64,000 nt of DNA from Octopus vulgaris (GCA_951406725.2 OX597825.1:12152001-12216000), one strand, 5' to 3'. Numbered from the stretch's first letter, positions 40,311 through 54,733 are shown. Program-made: numbers and translations. Notes: generated from the sequence alone by a model not told the origin.

Positions 40311-41695
40311 TGTATGTATGTATGTATATATCCACAGGTCGGAACGTTTGCAAACAGGCCGATACTGCTGCGTATCCGAACGAAAAGTAGATGTACATAA
40401 ATTGCTTCTCGTGTAATATTTTGTTCAGCATTATGTATTAGGTCTTCCGTATCTTATTTCCGTACCTCACTGATTTAATGTGCATTGTTAATACAATGCT
40501 TGCTGATATCAGCATATTCAATAACTACCTTAAATCTATAAGTTTCTGAAGCTAAACAATTTTTGTATCAATATTGATCAGACCCGATGTCATTTGCTTC
40601 TCCCAATGGTGGGAATGCTGAGTAGATTATGATGTATGAGTGCAAGAGAAACACGATAGCATCATCGCTACATTAGTGCCTCTCATCCCCCAGCTGTGTG
40701 CTGTCCTTATGCTGATGCAGTTATATATCCTTGTAATCTTGTATTAGCTGTGCCTCAGTTCCGGATCACTATCCGTCACCTTGTTATTTCTAATTCCATG
40801 TAATTTCATATTCTCTGTGTTCTCAATTATCTCCTATCCTGATTCATTCACCGAATGTGATTTTCCCACAAGGGAATTTAGACGTGGTACACTATAAAAT
40901 TATGCTTTCACTATATACTCTCTGATACAGGAAAAGGATGGAAAATCGAAAATAGACATTGGAAGGCCTAAATATAAACTGAAATCTGTTGATATAACTG
41001 ATGTCATGTTTATCTCACATTCCTAGTTTCTACAGAAGTGGTTTATAGATTACTTAATCGACTTTCTAGAAATGAGCCGTTATTGACTTCGCATGATCTC
41101 TTTCATTCTCCTACTTCATCTACCGTTACCTCCAATATGACGTTTGAAATCTCGCAGCATCCATATTCCTATCGCTATTAATATTTACAATTAATTTTGT
41201 TTTTGTCATCAATACATGCAGGAGAGCAATTATTAAATACCTAGGACATTTTGTTGACTACATTTTTACTGAAACTTGTACCGATAATCTGCAGAAACTC
41301 TGGAATCATTTCGGAATAACTCTTGGAATTCAATACTCAGCGTTTCAGAATTAAAATTTAAATACTGCCGTATTATTGCATCGACAAGACCACAAGATGT
41401 TGTTATACACCGCTTGTCAAAATGCGCTTCTAATTCTGTCCCGATAACTAATAATTTAAAGATAAACATTGCGAAAATATTCATAAGGTCTCATCTGCCT
41501 GACTCGCTAATAATTTTCGAGCGGGCAAGACAATTAGAGACAAATAGAATAAGAGCTGCAGGTGTTTCTACAGAGGTACTGAAATCTAATGGCCAGTAAG
41601 AATTTTGGGCACGATATAAAAAAAAGAAAGGAGAAAACGAAAACACATTCATAGTATTAAACATTTAGAAAATTACTTAAAAGAAATGATCATAT

Positions 41696-41862
41696 AGGCG
41701 CAGGAGTGGCTGTGTGGTAAGTAGCTTGTTTACCTACCACATGGATCCGGGTTCATTCCCACAGCGTGACATCTTGGGCAAGTGTTTTCTACTATAGCCT
41801 CGGGTAGACCAAAGACTTGTGAGTGGATATGGTAGACGGAAACTGAAAGAAGCCCGTCTTAT
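41696..41862 (+). mobile_element. SINE family A 5' half
   Basis: GGCGCAGGAGTGGCTGTGTGGTAAG...GGAAACTGAAAGAAGCCCGTC. Confidence 0.88.
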
Positions 41863-41876
41863 ATATGTGTATATAT

Positions 41877-42330
41877 ATGACCTTGCAGGTGGGGCCCAGG
41901 TAGAATTTTCTTCTCGTCGAATAACCCATCCCGCTCAAAAGGTCCCTGAATGAGGGTTGTTTAAGTATGTTGAACGAACCACCCATGTTTCAGGAAGTGA
42001 ATTATCCAAAACCCAAGGAATCCCTCTCATCACATGGCTATGATGCTCCCCCACTACTTCTGCCCGTGATCAGAGATGCACATATCGTCAGCCACTAAGG
42101 GACATGGTCAACTGGTTAAGGTCAAATAACTGACAAGCAAATCTGTGGTATTGAGCAGAATATTTGCTGAAGGCCAACTTTTATACCAAGATAAACCCAA
42201 AGTACATGATAACACTTCCCATCAGTTAAGATCAGAAGCCACGAGAGCCACTGCCTGGAACTGCATCAGGGCATAAGCTACTGCATCAGGGCATGATTCT
42301 ACATCTGGGCATGGTACTGCACCAAGGCAT
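41877..42330 (-). mobile_element. Repeat family D, abutting (TAA)n; possibly a non-autonomous R4/Dong-type element
   Basis: 41877-42185 aligns with 50403-50685. The end carries repeated TGCCCTGATGCAGT-like units next to (TTA)n. Confidence 0.65.
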
Positions 42331-42348
42331 TTATTATTATTATTATTA

Positions 42349-42392
<44 letters not shown>

Positions 42393-42538
42393 GTTGTTGT
42401 TGTTGTTGTTGTTGTTGTTATTATTATTATTAACATCACTATAGGTATTATTACTATTATTATAATTATCATTATTATTATTAATAATAGTAGTAGTTGC
42501 AGCAGTAGCAATAGTAGTAGTAATAGTAGTAGTAGTAG

Positions 42539-42586
<48 letters not shown>

Positions 42587-42606
42587 TAGTAGTGGTAGTA
42601 GTAGTT
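42330..42606. repeat. Compound (TTA)/(TTG)/(TAG)/(CAG) microsatellite
   Basis: Visible directly in the sequence. Confidence 0.95.
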
Positions 42607-43277
42607 AAGGCAACTGCTGTAGTCATGTTGAGAGTCTGCTTTGAAGTTACCATAGTGCATAAGTACACCACATGGAGTTGTATATTAATGAATCTGCTAT
42701 TTTTACAAATTAAGTAGGGAAAGTATTCAGGGACCTACCGAGAGAATATTTACAATATTTCCTAATACAATAATCCAAATTATATCGTACTGTACTTTCT
42801 TTTAGAAGGCATATACGTTTCCATATTCTATTACTATTATAGTTTATTTTTTATTTTTTATTTATAGACACAGCAGAATATTAAACGGTAAAAATATAGA
42901 TTATGAAGGATTGCAAAAATATACAAAACACGATAAAATATAAGTACATCTTGTTCAAGTTAGTGAATACCCATTTACTTATCGAGGTGGAAATAAAAGA
43001 AATTCCCGCCAGATTAATTTTTCTGAAAATACAATGAAGCATCTCCGAAACGAAAAGATCGATAATTTCATAACGGAATTTTTTTATCGCTATTATGTAA
43101 AAAGAACAAATATTACGAATGCTTAGAAACACATAAACAAGTACTGAATCATACACACACACACACAAACACACAAACACACATACACACATACACATAG
43201 TTGCGTATTTATTTGTGCATGCATATATAAATCTCTCTCTGTCTATCCCTGTCTGTATATATATATATATATGCATG

Positions 43278-43319
<42 letters not shown>

Positions 43320-43357
43320 TATATTTCTATATCTTGCTCTATATTATTCTCTTTTTC

Positions 43358-43448
<91 letters not shown>

Positions 43449-43489
43449 AGAGAGAGAGAGAGGGAAAGAGACATACACTCACGTATATA

Positions 43490-43529
<40 letters not shown>

Positions 43530-43546
43530 CAGAAAGAGAGAGTAAA

Positions 43547-43613
<67 letters not shown>

Positions 43614-43769
43614 CATGCACTCACGCATACATAAGTATATGTATATATATATATATATATATAGCTATATACACAAACACACACATATATATATATATAT
43701 ATATTTTTATATCTACATTCTTCTCTATTTTTTACTCTTTCTTTCTGTATATATATATATACGTATATA

Positions 43770-43810
<41 letters not shown>

Positions 43811-43827
43811 TACTATCTATCTATCTA

Positions 43828-43875
<48 letters not shown>

Positions 43876-45081
43876 ATGTATATGTTTATATTACATGCAG
43901 CAGACATATACATTCATATATATCTGTATGGTTGTATAATACTTGTGTGACTATGCATGCATGTGTACAGTTTTGTATTCAGCTGTAGTTGTATTAAAAT
44001 AACCACATAATAGAAATGCTAGCGTGCTATGAAAATAAAATACCAAATAGTCATACGATTTAGAGCTTTATATCTGATTTCCTTTTAACCGACAATAGAT
44101 GTAAATCCAATAGAATAGAAATGTGTAATACATATTTTTTTCTCTCCATGTGAATGATAAATTAGAGAATAAGTTTAAGAGTTAAGTGTTTGTAAAGGCA
44201 TTCAGAAAATTTCTAATGTTTCACATCTCATGTAACTACTTTCCGATTACCGAAAGCATAAATAGCTGACGCTGAATAATAGAAGCGAGGAAATATGCAG
44301 AGATGAAATTCATTTTGTAAAGAATAGCAATGAAGTTACTTACGAGAGAAACGACGTAAGAATCTATGTTGAAGACATGTTATTGATACAGACAGAATGG
44401 TGGCAACATCTTAGTGATTTTTCTTTATTGGGAAGCACGTAACGCCAAAGCATATGCAGAAAGTCACATATATGCTTGCTCTTCAATAAACGTATGTAAC
44501 ATCTTGTGATTGTCTATCATGAAGAGGAAAATTTCTGCCGAAAATAATAAAATGATAGAAACTGAAAAAAAACTTTAGTATCACGTTCAGGACAAAATCG
44601 TATTTGAAATTAACGTATAATTTGTTTCTGAAAGACTGTTCACCAATCATATTTTGGTATATGTATATATATAGTTTACGTAATATTTATCGGCTACCGA
44701 TAGGTGTTATTGCATAACCTTTATCATTGATAATTATACACTTTTGTTTTTATACGCCCTGGCCTATTCTCCACTTTTTAGGAGGAGGTAGCCACAAGAC
44801 ATGCACCAGGCATTCCATTCACTCCCCAGCTCAAAGAGGCGAGCATTAATAAATAGTTTCTTTTCCTGGTGCGATTTCATTCTGTCGTTTTGCACATAGG
44901 TTGAAATGGCTCCAATCGCAAATATTTCACAAACATTATTGTATAAGGAATAAATGTTTAAAGTTTATATGCTATGTATGAAAATAAAGAATGAGGAATT
45001 TGTCAACTATTTGACAACAACCTCTACAAAATGAGATACAAATTATCAAATCCAAAAGCAACTTTCCATTCAACCAGATAC

Positions 45082-45191
<110 letters not shown>

Positions 45192-45287
45192 ATGTATGTA
45201 TGTATGTATGTATGTATGTATCTATCTATCTATCTATCGCTCTCTATCTATCATGGATGGATGGATGCTTATGTATATCTATATATA

Positions 45288-45552
45288 ACTTAGAAAGGTT
45301 TTGGCCAGTATTTGCGAAGTCTTTCAATTCAGGATTTGGGCACCAAGGCGCATTCGAGCAGAGAGTTATTGTTTGCGGAGACATATCCGGGTGGGGGTGG
45401 TTTGTCCGGGACTGCTTGAAGGAATTTCTCCAAAGACTTCTTGAATTTTGTGTGGTCAGTTTCTGTTTTGACGTGTCCTGGTGTAATGTTGAAGAGAGCG
45501 GGTCCAGTTGAGGTGAAATAACTGTGCCGTATTGTTGTTATGAGATGCGATT
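45288..45552 (-). pseudogene. CR1-like LINE 3' end (second family)
   Basis: The minus strand translates to SHLITTIRHSYFTSTGPALFNITPGHVKTETDHTKFKKSLEKFLQAVPDKPPPPGYVSANNNSLLECALVPKS*. Confidence 0.78.
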
Positions 45553-45829
45553 TAGATATTTATGTATATAAACATATACACACATATAGTCATATACACA
45601 CATATAGTTGGATAATTATATACATATACATATACATACACTTGCACTGACGCTCACAAATGTCTCTAATATGTATATGTATGTATATATATGTGTGTGT
45701 GTGTGTGTAATATAATACATATATAGACATTTGTCTCTCATGTATATATATATATATATATACATATATACAGACACACACGTATATACATACATACATA
45801 CATACATTCATACATACATACATATATAC

Positions 45830-45914
<85 letters not shown>

Positions 45915-46544
45915 AACTGCTCATGTGACAAGAGAAGATAAAATGTTGCTGGAGGTTATAGACGTTTGTTTCTTTTTTTTTAGTTCATATGAAATTTAAA
46001 TTGCATTAAATCTATTATTTTAATGACATGACAGTAACGTTTCTAAAAAGAGGAATACTTCGTTTCTATTTTTTTTTACCGAAAATATAATTCTTTAGGC
46101 CTTTTGAAGTTTAATGAAGACAATGATATACAGAGAAATGTAAAGTAACTTAACAGAGTTGCCAGGAATACACATTAACGTGTGGATTAAATATCACAAA
46201 TTCAGCATAAAATGCAAACTATCGTCACCATTCGACAGCATTTCAACCAGATAACAAATATCAGCAGTGACCCTGGATGTTGAGAGATATGAATGTATTT
46301 CATTTATAATGTTGAATATTTTTAATAATAATGATTGATTCCACATTAGGTACAACTCCCTAAATTCGGAGAAGGGGGTCGTCAATTGCATGGATTCTAG
46401 TACTTAATTTGTACATATTTTTGACCCCCCCAAATGATAAAAAGTAACGTCGACCTCAGCGGAATTTGATCACGGAATGTAAAGAGAGACGTGATGTTAC
46501 TAAATATTTTATCCTCTCCATTAAAGCTTCTGCTAACTCACATT

Positions 46545-46545
46545 G

Positions 46546-46600
<55 letters not shown>

Positions 46601-46636
46601 TAAAAATAATTATAATAATAATAAAAATAATTATAA

Positions 46637-46696
<60 letters not shown>

Positions 46697-46764
46697 TAAA
46701 AATAATAATAATAATAACAACAATAATAATAATAATAGTAATAATAATAATAGTAATAATAATA

Positions 46765-46818
<54 letters not shown>

Positions 46819-46854
46819 GTAATAATAATAATAATAATAATAATGATAATAATA

Positions 46855-46892
<38 letters not shown>
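46545..46892. repeat. (AAT)n/(GAT)n microsatellite
   Basis: Visible directly in the sequence. Confidence 0.95.
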
Positions 46893-47290
46893 CGTGAAGC
46901 ACTCTCCAGTCGAAGACGACCTGTAGGCGTTCAGCTAAAGCCGAATGACTTGCAGAAATGTTTTGTTTATAGTGATCAAGTATGTGCAGTAAATTAGTTC
47001 AATCTCGTTGCTGGAACAAGTAGAGGATGTATCGGGCGACAAGTGTTGTAGCGATCGCAGAGCAGCGGGAGATGAAGTGTTTTGCTCAAGAACGTCACGC
47101 ACCACGTGGTCTATGTAATGCGTCTAGTTGAGGATGATGATGATGGTGACGATGTTGATGATGACAACGACGGTGATGAGGATAATGATAATGATAATGA
47201 TGAGGATAATAACAGACACATCGGTAAGATAATAAAAGTAAAACTCAATCAAGATATGGAAATTTAGAAATCCCTCAATAAAAAAAACTT

Positions 47291-47419
47291 TATTTACATT
47301 ATACTCCACAGCCTTCATCAGGTGTCTTGGGGGAAACTTCGAACTTGGATTCTCATTCCCAAGGTGTTTTTCGATGTAATTTATCATTATTATTATTCTT
47401 GTTATTATTATTGTTGTTG

Positions 47420-47488
<69 letters not shown>

Positions 47489-47902
47489 ATTATTATTATC
47501 ATCGTTCAGGTCACTGTTTGGTATCGAACTCGGAATATTGGGGTTAGTAGCCTGCGCTCTTAACCACAACGCCATATGACCGTGGGTGTAGTCATATGGC
47601 GGTGATATGGCGTAGTGGTTAACAGCGCGGGCTACTAACCCCAAGATTACGTGTTCGATACCAAGCAGTGACCTGAACAATAACAACAACAACTATAATA
47701 ATGATAATAATAATAATAATATCGAAAAATACCTTAGGAATGAGAACCCAGGTTCGATATTTCCCTAAGATACATGTAGGAGGCTGGATGGTATATCAGC
47801 CGAAACGTTGTGTTAACAACAAACAAGATGAGGACAAATATCCGTCGAATGTAAATAATGTAAATAATGTACATAATTCCTCATCTCTTAAATATAGAAC
47901 TG
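47291..47902. mobile_element. Palindromic element: head-to-head tRNA-like modules, (AAT)n spacers and outer HHR-bearing pLTR-like arms
   Basis: tRNA-like 73-nt units at 47509-47581 (-) and 47601-47673 (+). Outer arms 47310-47376 and 47721-47786 are inverted. HHR parts: CTGATGAAGGCTG (-, 47309-47321) and GGCTG...CAGCC-GAAACGTT-GTGT (+, 47782-47813). Confidence 0.75.
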
Positions 47903-49039
47903 AAAGAACACTTTTATAGAGTGAAGTGGAGTCGTAAAGAATAAATTATATGGGGAAAGCAAGACACAAGCAATTGACTGGAAATGTTGTAGACAAATAA
48001 AGCGATACAAGGGTTATTATATATCTAAGCGTCTTTAGAAGTAGAGAAGACAAGTTTTGGTTCCTGTGAAGAAGAAAAGTATGAAACACTCTTGAAAGAT
48101 TTAATTAGCCAAGAGTTATTTAGAGAGCGTGGCCGACATGAACTTGACGAAAAACTCTCTTCTACTTTATTCTTGTCTATAGCTGTCACTTTACTAAAGC
48201 CAACAAAAGGTTCTCTAATGTTTTCTGTTTAGCAAAACACACCACATATTGATGATAATGGGCTCTCGAGTATTAACGCTAATTTGATTCTTGAAATATT
48301 CCCGCTGGGAAGGACGTGTTTTTCTTCCAGTAACTAGATACATATATATTCGTTTTCCATATGTGTGTGTGTGTGTGGTGTGTGTGTGTTTATCTTTGTG
48401 CGTACGTGTGTGTTTGTGGTTCTTCTATATATTACTTTGGCGGTGAATTATTGTACTAGAGGTTTTATTATATTGATACTACACTTGACTTATTTTGCAA
48501 GCTTGTGGGGGATGTTGTTATACGTTTGTTCCTTTTTGGCATCTTCCCTCGATGCAGTGGTTCATGTTTGTAATCAATTTCTTTTTTTCATTTCGATGTG
48601 TCTGTTGCCGTTGTTAATATTAACACTGGTCACTTCTATCGGAGAAAGTGGTTGGCCTGTTATCTAACTTGAGTATTTCCTCACTGACATCTGAATGGTG
48701 TTTCCGACCCTTCAGCAACTACGGTTTTCTGCTCCGTATTAATATAATACCGCTATATCAAGAACATATTCCAGAGAAATACACAATTCCTTTGATATTT
48801 CCGTTGAATTTCGGATGGAGGGACATTATATTATATAAGATCCCACCACTCTGCCACCAGCCTGCTATATTTTTCCTTTCGACTTATTTTAGAGCATAGT
48901 TGAGTCCATAAAATAGGATTTGACTACACTTCCATTTAGAGCACAGTTGAAGCTATCTTTTCGTGCAAGAAGGTTTATGTTCCTATAACCTGTGTTAATT
49001 TAGTAAGCCTTTAAAATGGACGATAAGAATGTTCCTTTT

Positions 49040-49391
49040 CGGCACTTGATGCTTTGGGAACCAGACAAAAATTAATGTAGCTCGGCTGGGATGTGTTACC
49101 CCACCCTCCATATTCACCAGACGTTGCCCTTTCGGATTTCCACTTATTCAGCTCTCTGCAGAATAGTCTTAATGGTAAAAATTTCAATTCCCTGGATGAC
49201 ATAAAAAGATACCTTCTTTGCCACGAAACCACATCAATTCTGGGAAGAGAGTTTTTTCAATTTAAAGGAGAGATGGAGACGCATTGTGCAACAAAATGGT
49301 TCGTATTCGGTTGACTAATGATTTAATGGTAAGTATTTATTGACCTTTTTCTTTCCTTTAAAACGGCACGAACTTTTCGGACAACTCAATA
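49040..49391 (+). pseudogene. Mariner transposase C-terminal fragment plus right TIR
   Basis: LGWDVLPHPPYSPDVALSDFHLFSSLQNSLNGKNF (YSPDLAPSD motif). Ends ACGGCACGAACTTTTCGGACAACTCAA-TA. Confidence 0.88.
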
Positions 49392-50246
49392 GTTACCTGT
49401 TATTCTTGTTGGCGGTATCTCCGCAACTGCCGTGTACGTGTGTATCTGAGAGGATAGCTGTACGTGTACCTCTGTTTTTGCACACAGTATCTATTCCTAG
49501 TTTAATGGATAGATAATATATAAAACAATAACACAAAGATTGAATATTTGAATGTTCCATTAAGCGTTCCTAAAATCCTAAATTTCTTTATATCTATGAC
49601 TTCGACAAATCAATTCAAAATTGAAGTATTCACTCTTTCACATTAATATTTCATTTCTTTTAACTTCTATATCGAGTTTATTTCACTTTATATAATTTGT
49701 GTCCATGTATTATATATTATTTCCCAATTTGGATATCGTTTTCCAAACTCAAATCTTATGATTGTTATTTATTGAATTTTACATATTTTCTAGTCACTTT
49801 CACATTTCTGCATGTTCCTGGATTGCTTGGTCTTCCTATATTAAGTTATTCTGCATATTTTTTCATTTAAATTTGATGCAAGATTCAAAAATAATTAGTT
49901 TAAAACCAGTATATTCGAATACGTTTGTCAGTGTGACTACATAACTCTGGAAATGTAGTCAAAATTAGTATAATTATTGAATTTAATAATTATTTGGTAA
50001 CATAAAACTGATTGAGAAAATCACGCAAAGTACCTTTTAAAAATAATTTTGACATTAATTTATTTATAGACATTTATGTTACTACATACTCATAATTAAG
50101 ATAATGGTTCTCGCTGCTTCAGATATAACTATTACTAAATCAGTGTCAAAAGAAAGCAGCCGGTTTATTGGCATGGAATTTTACAAACTAATAATGCTAA
50201 TGATAATAATGAAAATGTTAATGTTAATATATTATTAACATTATTA

Positions 50247-50686
50247 TTGAGAGAGCAGCACAAGCCATCAGAGTGACACTGGGGTAAAATATACGAAGCC
50301 CAGTATACACGTCATCACTACCCGTCTGATAAGGGTACATCAGGCACATGCATCACAAACCTATGTGCGCGACATAGTGATCTTATTTCAAGATAAACGG
50401 CGCATGACTTTCAGGTGGGACCCAGTTAGAATTTTCTTCAGGCCAAGTAGCCCATCACATTCAGAATGTCCCTGAATAAGTGTTGTTTAAGGATGTTGAA
50501 CGAAACACCCATCTTTCCAAAGTTGAATTATCCAAACTCCAAATAATTTCTCTCAACACATGCACGTGATCAGAAATGCACATATCGTCAGCCACTAAGG
50601 AACATGCTCAACTGGTTATGGTCAAGGAAATGGCTAGCAAGTCTTTGGTATTGTTCAGAATATTTGCTGTAGCCCATCTTTTATAA
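50247..50686 (-). mobile_element. Repeat family D copy
   Basis: Aligns with 41877-42185; TTA-rich flanks. Confidence 0.7.
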
Positions 50687-50705
50687 TAATGATAAGATTC
50701 CTTGC

Positions 50706-51155
50706 ATGGAATTTATAAATATGTTAACTCATAGTTACGCGCGTTTCACAAATCACATTCCTCTTAATATCACAGTCTGTATTCCTGGGACGATTACAAT
50801 GTAGTCCGTAGAATCCTTGGGCATCGGGTAGATCATTTTCATAGATCAGTTGATGAAGTAATTGTACATGTTTAACTGAGCTTTGATTATCACTTTTGGT
50901 CAGAGAGAAAGTTGAGAAGTACCCACATACCTCAATAAACCTTCTCACTGTTCAAAAGTGATAAGCAGCCCTCGGTTAAACATCCATTAATGTTATATCA
51001 CCTGAAGAAATGAATCAATGAAGATAAACTACCCAATACCCACGGATGCTACGGATTAGACTGTAATCATCCCAGGAATACAGACGACCGTGGTCTTATG
51101 AACCATGTTATTTGTGGACACGCGCATAGCGAGGCATTAAAATATTTATAAATTC
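50706..51155. repeat. Diverged inverted repeat (pLTR-like) with HHR remnant
   Basis: Minus-strand 50706-50850 (CTACGGACTACATTGTAATCGTCCCAGGAATACAGAC...GAAACGCGCGTAAC) matches plus-strand 51012-51155 (CTACGGATTAGACTGTAATCATCCCAGGAATACAGAC...GGACACGCGCATAG). Confidence 0.7.
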
Positions 51156-51202
51156 TGTTCAAGGATTCTCGTTATTATATATATATTTATATACACACAC
51201 AC

Positions 51203-51235
<33 letters not shown>

Positions 51236-52789
51236 TGTATGTATGTATGTATGTATGTATGTATGTATGCATGTATGCATGTATGTATGTATGTATGTGT
51301 GTGTGTATGTGAATGCGTATTTGTGCTGCTGCGTTTGAAACGAAATGGGTTAATTCACAAAAGAAAAGAAAAGTGTAAATACGATTGAAAACATCCAGTA
51401 AATCGATTGACTATAAACGAGAAAACCATTTTAGTACAGCTTTTATTTGCTTCTTTTGACTTTAAACCAACTATTTACATTCAGGTCTTGTTTGGAATAC
51501 AATATGGTATATCAAATATATCATTAGTAACGATATCAAAGAAGCCGTTGTATTTTATTATCACGAAACTAAAACGCTTGGGATCCCGCTCTATGTGTTT
51601 TAAAACAGAATTATTTCACAGCATTGTAGATGTTTTCTTATACATAAATATCCATCTATCTTATATAGTTAGTGCATTACAGCTTACGTATTTATTCTTG
51701 TGCATTACATTTGAGAATTATATATTGATTATATGTCTGTCATTGAGTGCTCGGTCGTTATTTCAAATACACAACAGTTTTGTTATCATGGAAGAAAGTG
51801 TTTTCTTTTGAGGTAGGACGGCGAATCCAATGCCTTCTGTAGAAGGCATTTGAGGATGGAAGAGACCGACGAATATCATTGCAATTCATTTAAAACCATA
51901 CCGAAGAGATCATCAAAATGTTTTTGTTTTAAAGAATAAGTAAGATTTTTTCATATTTTTGATAATCAAAAAATAAATTTTGTTTCGAGATGTGAGCATG
52001 TATGCGATTTACCTAACTTTTACCGAATAATTGTGTATCTATGTCAAGTAAAATGAGTTAAAACTAATATTTAAATTCGTGACAGAAATATTTTCCAGTG
52101 AAATTAATTGTTGATCTACAACACTTTCGGGAAACTGATATACTAACTTTTCGAGGATAGGAAACTTAATTTTATTTCATGCCACGATCTACGTAGACAC
52201 ATCACACTTTAGTCAACTATATAATACATTTCAAAATAATTCGGTGACAGTGTTTTAGTGGAGTTATATCGACATGAAATTATCCATATTAGATATATAG
52301 CCTTGTATGTATTCCCAGTTAAAAGCTGGAGATTTTATGCTTGCAGAATAGAAAGAAAATAAATTCATAATGATGAACCAATAATTTGTGAGTCACTGTT
52401 AAATATAGATATTTAAAACATTATTTACTTCACCGTAAGGTCACAAACATCGTCAGCGAGCATTACTGTGCCAGACAGCTGGTCATGACGCAGCTCAGCA
52501 CTTTACACGTTATGTAGTAGCAGATGAGTGAAATTAAGTATTAACCAAAATTGCAAATGTGTATGTTTTTCATATTATATTATATAAACTGTACTTATTG
52601 CTGTACAATTATTGCAATATCTGCTGTCACTGTCTTTTTAGTCACATTTCATATCTTGTGGTTCTTCTCTCTGTCTGTATGCCTCTCTGTCTCACTGTTT
52701 CTCTCTCTCTCTTTCTCCCTCTCTCTCTCTATATATATATATGTATTTATATATATATATACGTATCTATGTATATATATATATATACG

Positions 52790-52821
<32 letters not shown>

Positions 52822-52831
52822 CGTATGTATA

Positions 52832-52865
<34 letters not shown>

Positions 52866-52985
52866 CGTACGTATGTATATATAGATATATGTATATTTAT
52901 ATATGTATATATATATATATATGTGTATTATGTATGTGTGTGTGTATATATGTATATATATATATTGTATATATATAAATAAATA

Positions 52986-53034
<49 letters not shown>

Positions 53035-53982
53035 GTATATGTGTATATATATATATACAATACACATATACACGCACCACATATACACGCACATATAGCT
53101 GTGTGCGTATGTATCATTGCGTCTGTCAATGTGTGTGCGTGCAACAGAAAAAAGATATCTGTACGTACGCGTTAGGGTATCTGTCAGTGTGTCTGTGCGT
53201 ATGATCGCTTTATTTATTTATGTATTTCCTATGTCTGTTTATCTTTGCTGCCTAAGGCTATGCACTTTCCTACATTGTGGATCCATCACATCTAAGGATT
53301 ATATTGACTGTATTTCTGACATTTCTGGATCCCCTGCCGTGATTTATTGCTATTTTCCCATCCAGTTATATTTGTCATGTAACCAGTTTCTCTCAATTAT
53401 ATTTTGTTCAAAGGCATATCCAAAAATGCATCATCCGATGGAATATTGAAACAAGTCAAGTGTAGATAAAGGATAACTTCTCTCAATATTGGGTTGTAAA
53501 TAAATTGCTGTTTTGAAGCTGAGAACATATCTAGAGAGAAAAGGAAATAGGGACATTTCTAGCTGAAAATGGAGAACACAAGTAGAAGAGATTATGGTGA
53601 AAAAATGAAGACAGAACGGTAAATATAAATCCTGAAGGATGCAATGAGATAAACATCCACCTAGCAGATGATACATACCCACACACACATACATGCAAAC
53701 ATATACACACATACATGCAAACATACACACACACACACACACACACGCATATATATATATATGTACATAGATATATATATATAGTTATATGTATATATGT
53801 GTGTGTGTGTGCTGTACATGCATGTTTGTATAAAAGAAAGTACTCAACAATCCATAGAGTAGAATATGCATTTTATATTTGATCAATAACTACCTTTTTA
53901 AGATTTTGCTTGTGATAAATCACAAGTTCTGAAAGAATATAGCAATTATGTAACACAAGCATTTCTATCGAACATGCAGAAA

Positions 53983-54017
<35 letters not shown>

Positions 54018-54679
54018 AAGATAGAGAAACAAAAGCAGAAATAGAAAGCGAAGGTGAGAGTACCAAATGCGCGTTTCTCGTTTTTGCGATCGTCCGGACA
54101 AGTGGTTTTCTTTCGTACTGAAACTTATTTCTCATGCTATCGAATGGATCATTTTTTGCCTCTATTTATCGTTTTCATTGGCAGTTATATTTTTATATCA
54201 GATTTATTGTGGTTGTATTGCCTACGGTTTTATACTATTTGCCAAACGTGATAGTTCTGATTTTCCATTTACGTATATTGTTCGTCTTAACAATTTTAAA
54301 CAATTATATTGTTTTCAGGTCCTGAGAAAAAATTATCAGTCTATCGTTTTCCTCTGATCTTTTTTTACTCGTTTTGATCCCGCCTGTTTATTTGGTTATC
54401 GCATCCTGTTTTGCTACGCTGTGTATTATTTTCTTACGTTTATTTGTTTATCGCTTATATATTGCCGATGCTGTCGATTAAGTCATTCATAGCCATACAG
54501 CTGGCATATTCATTTTGTCTAATTCATAATATTTGGTGCTGATTGATATAAACTTTGGAAAGTTTGCATTTTAGATATGCTTATAATTTTTCCTTATTTG
54601 TCTTTTGCGTATGTTTTATGTTTTCTTTCATTGCTCTCCGTTCCTTCTGGGGTGGCTTCATCACTGTTCATCCTACTTC

Positions 54680-54733
54680 ATGCTCCAAAGAACCGAAGAA
54701 ATATTCGAATATTTCTTCGGTTCTTCTGAGCAT
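54680..54733. repeat. Perfect 38-bp loopless palindrome (54688-54725) with a 6-bp outer extension
   Basis: AAGAACCGAAGAAATATTC|GAATATTTCTTCGGTTCTT, flanked by ATGCTC..GAGCAT. Confidence 0.9.

Noticed and set aside
41266-41599. Overlapping short ORFs in non-repetitive sequence
   Set aside because: No motif or splice-site support.
47601-47673. Functional tRNA gene
   Set aside because: The acceptor, anticodon and T stems are mispaired and the unit sits within a palindromic repeat; treated as a SINE-type head.
50724-50948. ORF ending CDIKRNVICE, superficially C-type lectin-like
   Set aside because: It lies in one arm of a diverged inverted repeat, and the other lectin motifs are absent.
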